NCBI GenBank assembly: GCA_963705105.1
Contig: CAVPIW010000010.1
Coordinates: 128,001 to 192,000 of the forward strand
DNA: 64,000 bases
Direction of reading: 5' to 3'
Origin: an uncultured Nitrospiraceae bacterium
Lineage (GTDB): Bacteria; Nitrospirota; Thermodesulfovibrionia; Thermodesulfovibrionales; Dissulfurispiraceae
Each line of letters begins with the position of its first letter. Within the stretch, counting starts at the first letter, position 1. A program made the translations under genes and the position numbers. The notes beneath the pieces are model-generated. The model did not search any database, was not told where the DNA came from, and saw nothing but the letters and a program-made list of their open reading frames with translations. Positions 1 through 11,026 of the stretch are shown here, piece by piece.

Positions 1-631
1 TGAAGACAACGGCAGCGACCAGCAGCGCGATCACCAAAATGCTGCCTGCAACGAGCGGGGCTGTCCAGAAACCGGCGGGCGCCGACCTGTAGACCCCTGC
101 GGCGCCGAAGGCGATGAAGATCATGGCGGCGACCCACTTGATCAGGCGGTCGGGTATTTTCTTTCCCATCACGACGCCGAAGATGATCCCGATGGCGTCG
201 GCAACAAGCATCCCCGCAGTGGTACCTAACCAAACCGGGACTATCGTCCGGTACTCCGCGGCGAGTGCTGCCGTTGCAAGCTGTGTCTTGTCGCCCATTT
301 CCGCTATGAAAAAGGCGATGGCGACTGTCCAAAACGGGCCGAACCTGGATGGCTTCGTGTCGCAGTCGAGCGTGTCCCCTCTGATCGTCCAAAGCCCGAA
401 AATAATGAACGATACGCCTGCCGCTATATTGATGTAGCTCATGGGAACGAACTGCGTGAGATAGTTGCCTGCAACGACGGCAAGCAAATGGTTTGCTGCA
501 GTCGCCACGAAGACTCCCCACATGACCGTCTGCCACCGGTACCTGGCGGCAAAGCACATGGCAAGCAGCTGTGTCTTGTCACCCATCTCGGCAAGAACGA
601 CAAAGATCAACGAAGAAAGAAATGCTGTCAC
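1..631 (-). CDS. TMEM165/GDT1 (UPF0016) family Mn2+/Ca2+ exporter, 3' end runs off the window
   Basis: Minus strand reads GTG-TAFLSSLIFVVLAEMGDKTQLLAMCFAARYR with a second EMGDKTQL repeat. GGAGG RBS upstream. Not in the ORF track because no stop lies in the window. Confidence 0.9.
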   Translation of the reverse strand, partial: MTAFLSSLIFVVLAEMGDKTQLLAMCFAARYRWQTVMWGVFVATAANHLLAVVAGNYLTQFVPMSYINIAAGVSFIIFGLWTIRGDTLDCDTKPSRFGPFWTVAIAFFIAEMGDKTQLATAALAAEYRTIVPVWLGTTAGMLVADAIGIIFGVVMGKKIPDRLIKWVAAMIFIAFGAAGVYRSAPAGFWTAPLVAGSILVIALLVAAVVF

Positions 632-652
632 GGTCTCCACCTCCAGGCGTAA

Positions 653-703
653 TAAAAAAGCGAGAGACTTTAGCATGACCTTTGGCCACACTAAAGCTCT
701 CGC
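653..703 (-). terminator. Intrinsic terminator forming the riboswitch expression platform
   Basis: AAGCGAGAGCTTTAG...CTAAAGTCTCTCGCTT hairpin followed by a T-run; it overlaps the 3' strand of the aptamer. Confidence 0.7.
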
Positions 704-790
704 TTATTGGTCGGATACATCAACCAACGACAAGGCCAGGTTGTTACACCAGCATGTTGACCTTGTCTGTATTAGCTACTCCGCTTTAGA
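690..790 (-). ncRNA. yybP-ykoY (Mn2+-sensing) riboswitch
   Basis: Minus strand AAAGCGGAGTAGC...GGTCAACATGCTGG...CCTGGCCTTG...AAGCGAGAGCTTT matches the yybP-ykoY pattern and lies directly upstream of a UPF0016 gene, a classic context. Confidence 0.8.
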
Positions 791-1111
791 TGCTTAAATA
801 TACCAGCTCTTTTGCACTGAAATCAAGGAAGCGGAAAGACGGGCTGTTTACCGGGGTTGTTCACAGAGGCAGGTCAACTGCTCAACGTCGTCACCATAGC
901 TCACCCCGTCATCCCGAAGGACTCATCTACCTCATGCACAGGACGCACAATTTGACCTGCTTGACAACGGGGTTCTCCGACTGGCCTTTCATCTCGATGA
1001 CAGACCTGTCTATTCAGGAGGATGCAAAGAGGTCCTCCACGCTTATGAGCGTGCCAAAGCAAGGTATCAATAGATCGGCTCGTGACTATGCATAGATATG
1101 CCGGTTATTTC

Positions 1112-1157
1112 TTGACTTTTGTTTCACTATAGAGTATATTTTCACCATATGGTGAAA
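1112..1157 (+). promoter_or_regulatory. Sigma70 promoter with a palindromic operator, probably antitoxin autorepression
   Basis: TTGACT(1112)-17 bp-TATATT(1135), then perfect 18-bp palindrome TTTCACCATATGGTGAAA (1140-1157). Confidence 0.65.
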
Positions 1158-1166
1158 CAGGCTATT

Positions 1167-2225
1167 ATGATGAAACTGAATTCTGAAAAAGATCTTCTTA
1201 ATAAGGCCAGGAAGAGCATAGAGACCGTGCTTTCAGATGTTCCGTTCATTACCCTGCTCGAAACGAAGGCTGATCTCAGAGTGGACGATCAACAAATTGA
1301 TCTCGTGGTAAATGCCCGTGTCTCCGGAAAACCGGCAAGATTCCTCGTCGAAGTAAAATCACAGGGTGAGCCCCGCCTTGTGAGAGTGGCCGTCGCCCAA
1401 TTTAAAGAGTATCTGAAGGATCTCAAGAACTCCTATGGCGTCTTGGTCGCACCCTATCTTAGCGACACAAGCAGGCAGATTTGCAGAGATGCAGGGATCG
1501 GGTGCATAGACCTCGCAGGGAATGCGTACTTATCTTTCAAGAACATTTTTATTGATAAACGGGGAAAGCCAAACCCTTTCCCCGTTGCCCGCGTTTCCAG
1601 GTCAGTCTTCTCACCGAAATCAAGCCGGCTGCTGAGGGTCCTCCTCGCAGCCCCTTCAAAACGATGGAATGTTGAAAATATGTCCCGCGAAGCCGGCATA
1701 AGCATGGGATTGACCTCAAGGGTAAAACAAACCCTTCTGGCGCAGGAATGGATCGAGGAAGTAAACAAGACCTTCTATCTGGTGAAGCCGGAAGAAATGC
1801 TTAATCGTTGGGTGAGTAATTATTCTTATCAAAAGAACCCGGCCTTCTCTTTTTACTCAAACCGTTCTGAAGAGGAGTTGGAAGCGGCAGTCAAAAAAGA
1901 GTGCGATAAGAGAAATTATGCCTATGGCCTGGCATTGTTCTCAGGCGCTCGAAAGGTCGCTCCATTCGTCAGGTTCATGAGGTTCTTTTCGTATATCGAC
2001 GGTAGTATAGAGAACTTGGCAGCAGCCCTTCAGCTGAAGAAGGTGGAAAGCGGTGCAAATGTCGTATTGATCCAGCCTTATGACAAGGGTGTCTTCTACG
2101 GTCTCCAAAATATTGGCGGTATCAATGTGGTATCAGATATCCAGCTTTATCTTGATCTTAAGGGATACAAGGGGCGCGGAGAGGACGCAGCACAGGCGAT
2201 ACTCGAAAAGAGGTCATGTCAATAG
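1167..2225 (+). CDS. Type IV TA (AbiEi-like) antitoxin / transcriptional regulator; last 5 codons replaced by the IS256 insertion
   Basis: N-terminal PD-(D/E)XK-like 'IDLVV...VEVKS', central wHTH, C-terminal 'VSDIQLYLDL..KGRGEDAA'. The original end LKPTW* resumes at 3594-3611. Confidence 0.7.
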   Translation: MMKLNSEKDLLNKARKSIETVLSDVPFITLLETKADLRVDDQQIDLVVNARVSGKPARFLVEVKSQGEPRLVRVAVAQFKEYLKDLKNSYGVLVAPYLSDTSRQICRDAGIGCIDLAGNAYLSFKNIFIDKRGKPNPFPVARVSRSVFSPKSSRLLRVLLAAPSKRWNVENMSREAGISMGLTSRVKQTLLAQEWIEEVNKTFYLVKPEEMLNRWVSNYSYQKNPAFSFYSNRSEEELEAAVKKECDKRNYAYGLALFSGARKVAPFVRFMRFFSYIDGSIENLAAALQLKKVESGANVVLIQPYDKGVFYGLQNIGGINVVSDIQLYLDLKGYKGRGEDAAQAILEKRSCQ

Positions 2226-3580
2226 GTGTGTAAAAAGCCATTAGGCGGCGATCCTTTCGACAGACTCTTCCTGCTCGACGGCAATGCCGTCTGTGAAGTG
2301 TTTCCCCTCGTGGACATCCCTCAGTAACCAATATCCCTTGAGCCTGCGGAATCTCTTCTCAGCGACTCCCAGCAACTTCCAGATCATCGCCGTCGCGTTT
2401 TGGACTTTCCTATACCGCTTCGCCGCATCCGTTCTCAAACGCACCGCGCTGAACGGTGACTCCACCACATTGGTCGTCCTGATATGCACCCAGTGCTCTT
2501 TCGGCAATGAATAGAACGTCACCATTCGCTCCCAATCTCTCCTCAGGGTCTCCGTCGCCTTCGGAAAATCCCTCCCATACCGGCTGATAAAGCTGTCCCG
2601 GAGACTCTCACACTCTGCCTGCGTCTCTGCATAGGGGATCCTGGTGAGATACTCGCCCGCCTCGGCACGTATCCTCTTGGGCATCGCATCCAGCACGTTG
2701 GTTATCTTATGGTTCCAGCACCGCTGCTCTTTGCCCTCGGGATGAAGCTCGCCCAATGCTGACCATACTCCCAAATGGCCATCGGCAACCGTCAATGTGC
2801 CCAGCTTCAGTCCCCGAGCGGTCAGATCCCTCAGGACCCCTGCCCAGGATTCCTTGCTCTCCCGATATCCGCTCTCGCAGGCCAACAGTACCTTTTCCCC
2901 GCTCACCAATGCACCGATGATCACCAGCAATGCTGCTTTATCCTTCTCCAGCCCGGCCTTCACGTATATCCCGTCCGCCCACTGATAGACGACCTCAAGC
3001 CCGGAAAGATCCCGAGCCTTCCACTCGTCGTATTCGCACTGCCACTTGCCCTTCAGCCGCTGGATCGACGAGGACGACAGCGGCGCCCCTTCTCCCAATA
3101 ACCCCCGAAGCGCTAAATCAAAATCCCCCTGCGCCAGTCCGTGAAGATACAGTTCCGGCAGGAGCTGCCCCACTTCTTTGGACCGACGCGTGAAAAAAGG
3201 CAGCACCTTGCTCTCAAATCGCTCCTCTACACCCCGCACACGAGGCCGCCGGACCGTAATCGTCCCGTTCATCAGCGTGAACTTCTTCCCCTTCCCGTGT
3301 CCGTTCCAATACCCCCGGGTCCCGTCCACCTTCTTGATCCTCTCCGATTTCCTCCTCCCTAAAAATATCTCGACTTCTTCCTCCAAAATGTCCTGGATGT
3401 ATTCCTGTACTTTCAGCCGAACCATGCCTTCCAATGTCTCGTATGTCACTCTTGACGCCTCAACTGCCTCGGTGATACTCTTTTCCATGGTGGTGTCTCC
3501 TTTCTCTTCGTTGATTCCAGGTCAACTGATTAAGGATACACCGCCTTCTTACTCATTTACACACTTTTTGATCTTACCTC
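2210..3580 (-). mobile_element. IS256-family insertion sequence
   Basis: Imperfect TIRs GAGGTCATGTCAATAGGTGTGTAAA / GAGGTAAGATCAAAAAGTGTGTAAA; 9-bp target duplication ACTCGAAAA (2201-2209, 3581-3589). Confidence 0.95.
2241..3488 (-). CDS. IS256 (Mutator-type) DDE transposase
   Basis: Motifs WADGIY, VADGHLG, QRCWNHK, RTTNVVESPF. Confidence 0.95.
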   Translation of the reverse strand: MEKSITEAVEASRVTYETLEGMVRLKVQEYIQDILEEEVEIFLGRRKSERIKKVDGTRGYWNGHGKGKKFTLMNGTITVRRPRVRGVEERFESKVLPFFTRRSKEVGQLLPELYLHGLAQGDFDLALRGLLGEGAPLSSSSIQRLKGKWQCEYDEWKARDLSGLEVVYQWADGIYVKAGLEKDKAALLVIIGALVSGEKVLLACESGYRESKESWAGVLRDLTARGLKLGTLTVADGHLGVWSALGELHPEGKEQRCWNHKITNVLDAMPKRIRAEAGEYLTRIPYAETQAECESLRDSFISRYGRDFPKATETLRRDWERMVTFYSLPKEHWVHIRTTNVVESPFSAVRLRTDAAKRYRKVQNATAMIWKLLGVAEKRFRRLKGYWLLRDVHEGKHFTDGIAVEQEESVERIAA

Positions 3581-3604
3581 ACTCGAAAAGAGGTTAAAGC
3601 CTAC

Positions 3605-4915
3605 ATGGTAAGCAAAAGCCTGTACGGCAACAGAGAGGTCAATGCTTGTAAGTCAGTGCTCCTGGAACTCGTGCATATTCTCGGGAATGCAAAGACGAGA
3701 TGGTCATCATCGGCGGCTGGACCCCCTCTTTTCTTCTTCCCGACTCAAAAGAGCCGCATGTCGGAAGCCTTGATATTGACGTTGCCCTGAATTTCTCAGA
3801 AATCCCTGATGAGGCATACCAAACAATTCTGAAAGCTTTGCTTAAGAGAGGCTATATGCAGGATGCGCAACCCTTCAGGTTTTTTCGCAAGGTCCGAGCA
3901 GCAGGATATGATCCGATAGATGTTGAAATCGATCTTATGGCCGGGGAATACGGAGGAACCGGCAAGACGCACAGGACTCAAAAAATTCAGGATATCCGCG
4001 CCAGAAAAGCCCGTGGTTGTGATCTTGCCTTTGATGCTTCGGTCACCGTAACGCTCGAAGGCGACCTCCCGGATGGAGGAAGAGACAAGGTAAGCTTCAA
4101 GGTCGCCGGTATAGTACCGTTTCTTGTTATAAGGGAATGGCGATGTATGACAGGATGAAGGAAAAGGATGCTTATGACATTTACTACTGCGTTGAGTACT
4201 TGTTAGCGCCGCGGGAAAGGAACCGAATCCGGCGATGAAGGAACCGTATATGGCGAGAATGGTTCCCGTTACAGCATGACAGTATAGCTGCAAACCTGCC
4301 CTTGAAACGGCAGTGGCCACCGGGAAAAAAATGCTCATTCTAATGAAGCGTCACACTCTCTGTCGATAGAAGATCCCCTGGAAGGGTAGAAATATCCATT
4401 AATGATGAACCAATCAATGATGACGGCCGAAGCTGCCACTGTCTCGACGATATCGATTCTTCATCAGGCATGGCAGCACATTTTATCATGAAGGCACTAT
4501 AAAAATGTGAGCTGCAGGAAGGCAAATAGCGATGATCACCAGATGCTGGGAGATGGTAACCATATTTCGCCATATTCGGCTCCTTTATGTCGACTGTTTT
4601 GGTCCGCCAGATATGGCTCTTTTTTCTCGGCCCCAACAGTACTATCCGGGCGGTACAGATAAGCTCGCTGTCGAATGCTCATCTTTTCTGAAGAACAAGC
4701 TTGTCCTTGAAGGGCTCGGGAAAATAAGAAGCAAATTTGCCTCTGTCGAGCATGTAGGTCCCACGTGGGTTGCGGACTTTCTTGAAATCACAGAAAAAGA
4801 GGACAGGGAAATTATCATGCGGAGGGCATACGAGAAGGTGAATGAGCTCCTTGATTTGCTCAGGATTTCTTCTTGGGAAGAACCAGCCCCGATCGGTCGA
4901 AATAGAGTGAGGTAA
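3605..4915 (+). pseudogene. AbiEii-like nucleotidyltransferase toxin, interrupted by the mini-IS21 and two 1-bp frameshifts
   Basis: ATG overlaps the antitoxin's native stop (ATGGTAA). Motifs VIIGGW, GSLDIDV and KEKDAYDIYYC. Frameshifts near 3683 and 4129. Removing 4201-4643 restores EYYPGG. Confidence 0.8.
4201..4638. mobile_element. Non-autonomous IS21-like element (438 bp)
   Basis: TGTTAGCGCCG...CGGCCCCAACA ends with repeated subterminal motifs; 5-bp duplication GTACT (4196-4200, 4639-4643); degenerate IstB-like C-terminal remnant on the minus strand. Confidence 0.8.
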
Positions 4916-5126
4916 TCTGCGGCCTGAGTTGCATGACCGATCAGTTGCCCTGAATGCTCTCGATCTCACCGTTTCGCCAGCCGACGCAGACCAGGGCACC
5001 ACCGTGGAGCGAATTCTGAAATCAGTCATTTCCTGAATCTCCGGATACAGTTACCAGTGCTTTACTTTTCAGCTTCTTGGCAGGACGTCAAAGTTCTGAA
5101 AATCAGGAGGGACGGTATCCAAAAAG

Positions 5127-5209
5127 TGCCGGTGGTGGGAGTTGAACCCACACGGGCCTAAGCCCAGCGGATTTTGAGTCCGCCGCGTCTGCCATTCCAC
5201 CACACCGGC
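5127..5209 (-). tRNA. tRNA-Leu(CAA), CCA not encoded
   Basis: GCCGGTGTGGTGGAATGGCAGAC...CT-CAA-AA...GGTTCAACTCCCACCACCGGCA, with a long variable arm. Confidence 0.95.
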
Positions 5210-5237
5210 TCATTCGTGCGCGGCCGCATGAGAAAAG

Positions 5238-5447
5238 CTATTCCGTTTTTTTCCTTCTCCGGCGGATGCCGGGACTTTCCTGCCCGGCGCCTTTCTCGCC
5301 TCCCTGCCCGTTCGTTTCGGTGAAACAGGGCGGCAGTTCTCCGGCCTCACGGTGCTCGTTGAGGCACTCGTTGCAGAGGTTCTTCCTGCTGCCCGACGGA
5401 TTGGCGCAGGCGCGCTTTTTCACCTTCTCTTCCGCGGCTACTGTCAT
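5238..5447 (-). CDS. Small Cys/His-rich hypothetical protein (DUF6485-like)
   Basis: SRKNLCNECLNEHREAGELPPCF pattern. Confidence 0.45.
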   Translation of the reverse strand: MTVAAEEKVKKRACANPSGSRKNLCNECLNEHREAGELPPCFTETNGQGGEKGAGQESPGIRRRRKKTE

Positions 5448-5578
5448 GCAGATAGTATATCATTATTGCCGAATTCCTAAGAAGTCGTTATCACGCGAAG
5501 CCTATCCCCACAGATTAGGAAGCCCGAAACCGGCACCCGGGCTGCATTATTACCAGAGCAATTAAATATCGATACCTT

Positions 5579-5747
5579 TGTCATTGCCGCAACCCCGCAC
5601 TTGATGCGGGGGCGTCGGCAATCCTTCTGAAAACCGGGAAGGATTCCGGACGAGCCGGAATGACGAAGCATAGTGCAGTTCATAGGTCTAATTGCCGGGT
5701 TAATAATCTGACTGAAAACACTGGATTCCCGTCTGCACGGGAATGAC
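5579..5747. repeat. Cluster of GTCATTCC(N)GGAATCC-type palindromes (REP/dRS3-like)
   Basis: GTCATTGCCGC...GGCAATCC, GGATTCCGGACGAGCCGGAATGAC and GGATTCCCGTCTGCACGGGAATGAC. A ~70-bp part recurs inverted at 29648-29713. Confidence 0.7.
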
Positions 5748-5793
5748 GGAAAAGCGTTGTGGCGGGCTTCTCACGAGGTCGTCCGGGGCAGGG

Positions 5794-7858
<2,065 letters not shown>

Positions 7859-7891
7859 TTATATCAGAACATCCCTTCATGAAAGACATGA

Positions 7892-8092
7892 ACCTGTCGT
7901 TGCACACTCCATCGAGAAAGGCGGGGTGTATGCGCCGAAAACATGAGACGACGTCCGCGCGAATGCCTGAAAAGGTCTGCCTTCTGCTCACACTCACACT
8001 GACACTGATACTGTTTTTGAGGCGCTTCGCCCCGCCATTGAGTCACTTCATCGCATTGGAAAGGCTTTGAACCATACCTGCCTTCCCGGACA
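7892..8092. repeat. Modular MITE-like family A, copy 1
   Basis: ACCTGTCGTTGCA...GAAAGGCGGGG end, CACACT-type hexamer module and GAGGCGCTTCGCCCCGCC, followed by the inverted CCGGGAAGGCAG...CCAATGCGATG module. Confidence 0.75.
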
Positions 8093-8225
8093 GCGCCAGA
8101 CGGACTTTCAGGCCTCTCTCCCCCACCTTTTTTCGGGTCGTAAATCGGACTAACAGGTTGTCCACACCGATTTCACAGGAAAAGACCTGTGAAAACAGAG
8201 ACCTCCCTTTTCGGTCATTTTTCCC

Positions 8226-8280
8226 TTGACATCCACAAGATGTTGTGGTTTAATTTAACGTATCATACAAAATGATGGAT
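8226..8280 (+). promoter_or_regulatory. nrdJ promoter with NrdR box(es)
   Basis: TTGACA(8226)-17 bp-TTTAAT. Palindromic CCACAAGATGTTGTGG (8233-8248) fills the spacer; a degenerate second box starts 32 bp later (8265-8280). Confidence 0.75.
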
Positions 8281-8306
8281 TTTTCATATTTTCAGGGGGG
8301 ATTGCC

Positions 8307-10553
8307 ATGGCCGAAATAACTGAAGCGCTCCGGTTCACACCGAATGCGATAACCGTTCTCGAAAAGAGATACCTCAAGAAAAACGAAGAGGGCAAAATCA
8401 TGGAGACGCCGGACCATCTCTTCCGGCGCGTCGCCCGCCATGTGGCCTCGGCGGACTACCTCTACGGCAAGCCCGACGCCGAGGTGAAGCGGACGGAAGA
8501 GGAATTTTACGGCCTCATCACGTCCCTGGCCTTCCTCCCTAACAGCCCGACGCTCATGAACGCCGGCAGGAGGCTGGGCCAGCTCTCCGCCTGCTTCGTC
8601 CTGCCCGTCGATGACTCGATGGAGTCCATCTTCGACGGCGTCAAGCACGCCGCCATCATCCACAAGTCGGGAGGCGGCACGGGCTTCGGGTTCTCGCGGC
8701 TCAGGCCGAAGGGCGACGTCGTCGGCTCGACAAAGGGGATCTCCTCGGGGCCCATCTCCTTCATGACCGTCTTTGACACCGCCACCGAGGCCGTCAAGCA
8801 GGGAGGCACCCGGCGGGGCGCCAATATGGGCCTCCTCAGGGTCGACCACCCCGACATCCTCGATTTCATCACCTGCAAGGACAGCAACAGACGGCTGAAC
8901 AACTTCAACATCTCCGTGGGGCTGACAGAGGACTTCATGAAGGCCGTCGAGGAGAACACGGCCTATGACCTTATCAACCCGAGGACGAAGAAGGTCGTCA
9001 GCAGGCCCAAGGCCCGCCTGGTCTTCGAGACTATCGTGAAGCAGGCCTGGAAGAACGGCGAGCCGGGCATCGTCTTCCTCGACAGGATCAATGCCTGCAA
9101 TCCCACTCCGGACCTGGGCCAGATCGAGTCGACGAACCCCTGCGGCGAGCAGCCCCTCATGCCCTACGAGTCCTGCAACCTCGGGTCGATCAACCTCGCT
9201 CTCATGGTGACCACCGGCGATGAGGGCGACCGGACCGTCGACTGGGAGAGGCTCAGGGACACGACGTGGAGGGCCGTCCACTTCCTCGACAACGTCATCG
9301 ACGTGAACAAGTATCCCCTCAAGATGATCGAGCAGATGACGAAGGCGAACAGGAAGATCGGCCTCGGCATTATGGGCTGGGCCGACATGATCATCCAGCT
9401 CGGCATCCCCTACAACTCGCCCGACGCGATCCAGCTCGCCGAGGACGTCATGCAGTTCGTCCAGAACGAGGGCAGAAAGGCATCGTGCGCCCTCGCCGAG
9501 GAAAGGGGGACCTTCCCCAACTACGAGAAGAGCATCTACCGGGGGAAAACGCCCCTCCGGAACGCCACCGTCACGACGATCGCGCCGACAGGGACCCTCT
9601 CGATCATTGCCGGCTGCTCCTCGGGCATCGAGCCCCTCTTCGCCCTGTCTTTCGTCCGGACCGTCATGGAGGGAACGAAGCTGATCGAGGTAAACCCCCA
9701 CTTCGAGAGGGAGGCGAAACGCCGCGAGCTCTGGAGCAGGGAGCTCATGGAGAGGGTGGCAGAGACGGGCTCCATCGCCGGCTTCGAGGAATTCCCGGAA
9801 GATATGAAGGCCGTCTTTGTGACGGCCCATGACATCACGCCCGTCGACCACATCCGCATGCAGGGCGCCTTCCAGAAATACACCGACAACGCCGTCTCGA
9901 AGACCGTGAACTTTCCTCACACGGCAGAGACGAAGGACGTGGAGGACGTCTTCGTCCTCGCCTACCAGCTCGGGTGCAAGGGCGTGACCGTCTACCGTGA
10001 CGGGTCGCGGGAGGAACAGGTGCTGAGCAAGAAGAAGGCCGAGGAGAAGTCCCAGGGCGAGGGAAGGGAGAAAGTCGTCCCGAAGAAACGGCCCTCGGTG
10101 ATCCGGGGATCGACGCGGCTCATGAAGACGGGCTGCGGCAACCTCTACATCACGATCAACGAGGACCAGGACGGCCGGGCCTTCGAGGTCTTCACCAACA
10201 TCGGCAAGGCCGGCGGGTGCGCGGCGAGCCAGGCCGAGGCGATCGGCCGCCTCATCTCCCTGGCGCTCCGGTCGAACATCGAGCCCGAGGAGATCGTCAA
10301 GCAGCTCAAGGGCATTTCCTGCCACCAGCCCTCGTGGTACGAAGGGGGGCGGGTGCTGTCATGCTCGGACTCGATCGCCAAGGCCCTCGAAAAGTACCAG
10401 CCCCTTACGCCTTCGAACGGGGAGAAGGGAAACGGCAAGACCACCTACCAGGCGGTCATGATCATCGGCGCCTGTCCCGAGTGCGGCGGCGCCGTCCAGC
10501 ACGAGGAGGGCTGCGCCAAATGCTACACCTGCGGATACACCAAGTGCGGGTAA
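8307..10553 (+). CDS. nrdJ: Adenosylcobalamin-dependent (class II) ribonucleotide reductase with C-terminal TSCPD-like/Zn-ribbon domain
   Basis: PNSPTLMNAG, LSACFV, TNPCGEQ, SCNLGS, TIAPTGT and LSCSD motifs; terminal CPEC...CYTC. Confidence 0.95.
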   Translation: MAEITEALRFTPNAITVLEKRYLKKNEEGKIMETPDHLFRRVARHVASADYLYGKPDAEVKRTEEEFYGLITSLAFLPNSPTLMNAGRRLGQLSACFVLPVDDSMESIFDGVKHAAIIHKSGGGTGFGFSRLRPKGDVVGSTKGISSGPISFMTVFDTATEAVKQGGTRRGANMGLLRVDHPDILDFITCKDSNRRLNNFNISVGLTEDFMKAVEENTAYDLINPRTKKVVSRPKARLVFETIVKQAWKNGEPGIVFLDRINACNPTPDLGQIESTNPCGEQPLMPYESCNLGSINLALMVTTGDEGDRTVDWERLRDTTWRAVHFLDNVIDVNKYPLKMIEQMTKANRKIGLGIMGWADMIIQLGIPYNSPDAIQLAEDVMQFVQNEGRKASCALAEERGTFPNYEKSIYRGKTPLRNATVTTIAPTGTLSIIAGCSSGIEPLFALSFVRTVMEGTKLIEVNPHFEREAKRRELWSRELMERVAETGSIAGFEEFPEDMKAVFVTAHDITPVDHIRMQGAFQKYTDNAVSKTVNFPHTAETKDVEDVFVLAYQLGCKGVTVYRDGSREEQVLSKKKAEEKSQGEGREKVVPKKRPSVIRGSTRLMKTGCGNLYITINEDQDGRAFEVFTNIGKAGGCAASQAEAIGRLISLALRSNIEPEEIVKQLKGISCHQPSWYEGGRVLSCSDSIAKALEKYQPLTPSNGEKGNGKTTYQAVMIIGACPECGGAVQHEEGCAKCYTCGYTKCG

Positions 10554-10563
10554 GGAGGGCCAT

Positions 10564-10938
10564 ATGCCCCTGACATCGAAGCGGTGCGCCGCTTCCCAAT
10601 CCATGCACGACCAGATGGTGAGGACCCGGGCTTATGACCTGCGTGCGCAGGGGTATGCCGTCTCCGCCGACTTGCCCGGTTTTTCGCTGCCGCCGGCAGT
10701 GCTCGGCCGCAGGCCGGACATCCTCGCCGTAAACGGCACGTCGGCGATCATCGTCGAAGCGAAGACCGCCGACACCCTCTGCTCGGACCACACGCGGGAG
10801 CAGTTCCGTTCTTTTTCCGCCCGCCCCGGGACGGAATTCCATGTCGTCGTGCCCCGGAGCTGTCTCTTCGATGCCCTCATATGGGCGTCGGCCTGGGATG
10901 TGCGGGTCGATGAATGGTGGACGCACCAGGGGTACTGA
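10564..10938 (+). CDS. Small PD-(D/E)XK nuclease-fold hypothetical protein
   Basis: PDILAV...IIVEAKT motif; strong AAGGAGG RBS overlapping the nrdJ stop. Confidence 0.6.
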   Translation: MPLTSKRCAASQSMHDQMVRTRAYDLRAQGYAVSADLPGFSLPPAVLGRRPDILAVNGTSAIIVEAKTADTLCSDHTREQFRSFSARPGTEFHVVVPRSCLFDALIWASAWDVRVDEWWTHQGY

Positions 10939-11026
10939 TAGTTGAGTGCTCCTTCAAGCGGTTTGCACAAAGGTTGAAACATTTCAACCGGAGGTGTAGA
11001 TTATAGACAAAACAGTCAAGACACAT

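Noticed and set aside
790..1095. 101-aa ORF upstream of the antitoxin
   Set aside because: No RBS or recognisable motif; possibly a gene remnant, but this cannot be supported.
5100..5150. Prophage/ICE att site at the tRNA-Leu 3' end
   Set aside because: No duplicate of the tRNA 3' end and no adjacent integrase found in the window.
8292..10325. 677-aa antisense ORF, and similar ones at 6611-7882, 57434-58858 and 59525-61240
   Set aside because: Shadow frames of high-GC3 genes (nrdJ, tgt, GH1, GT); no motifs of their own.
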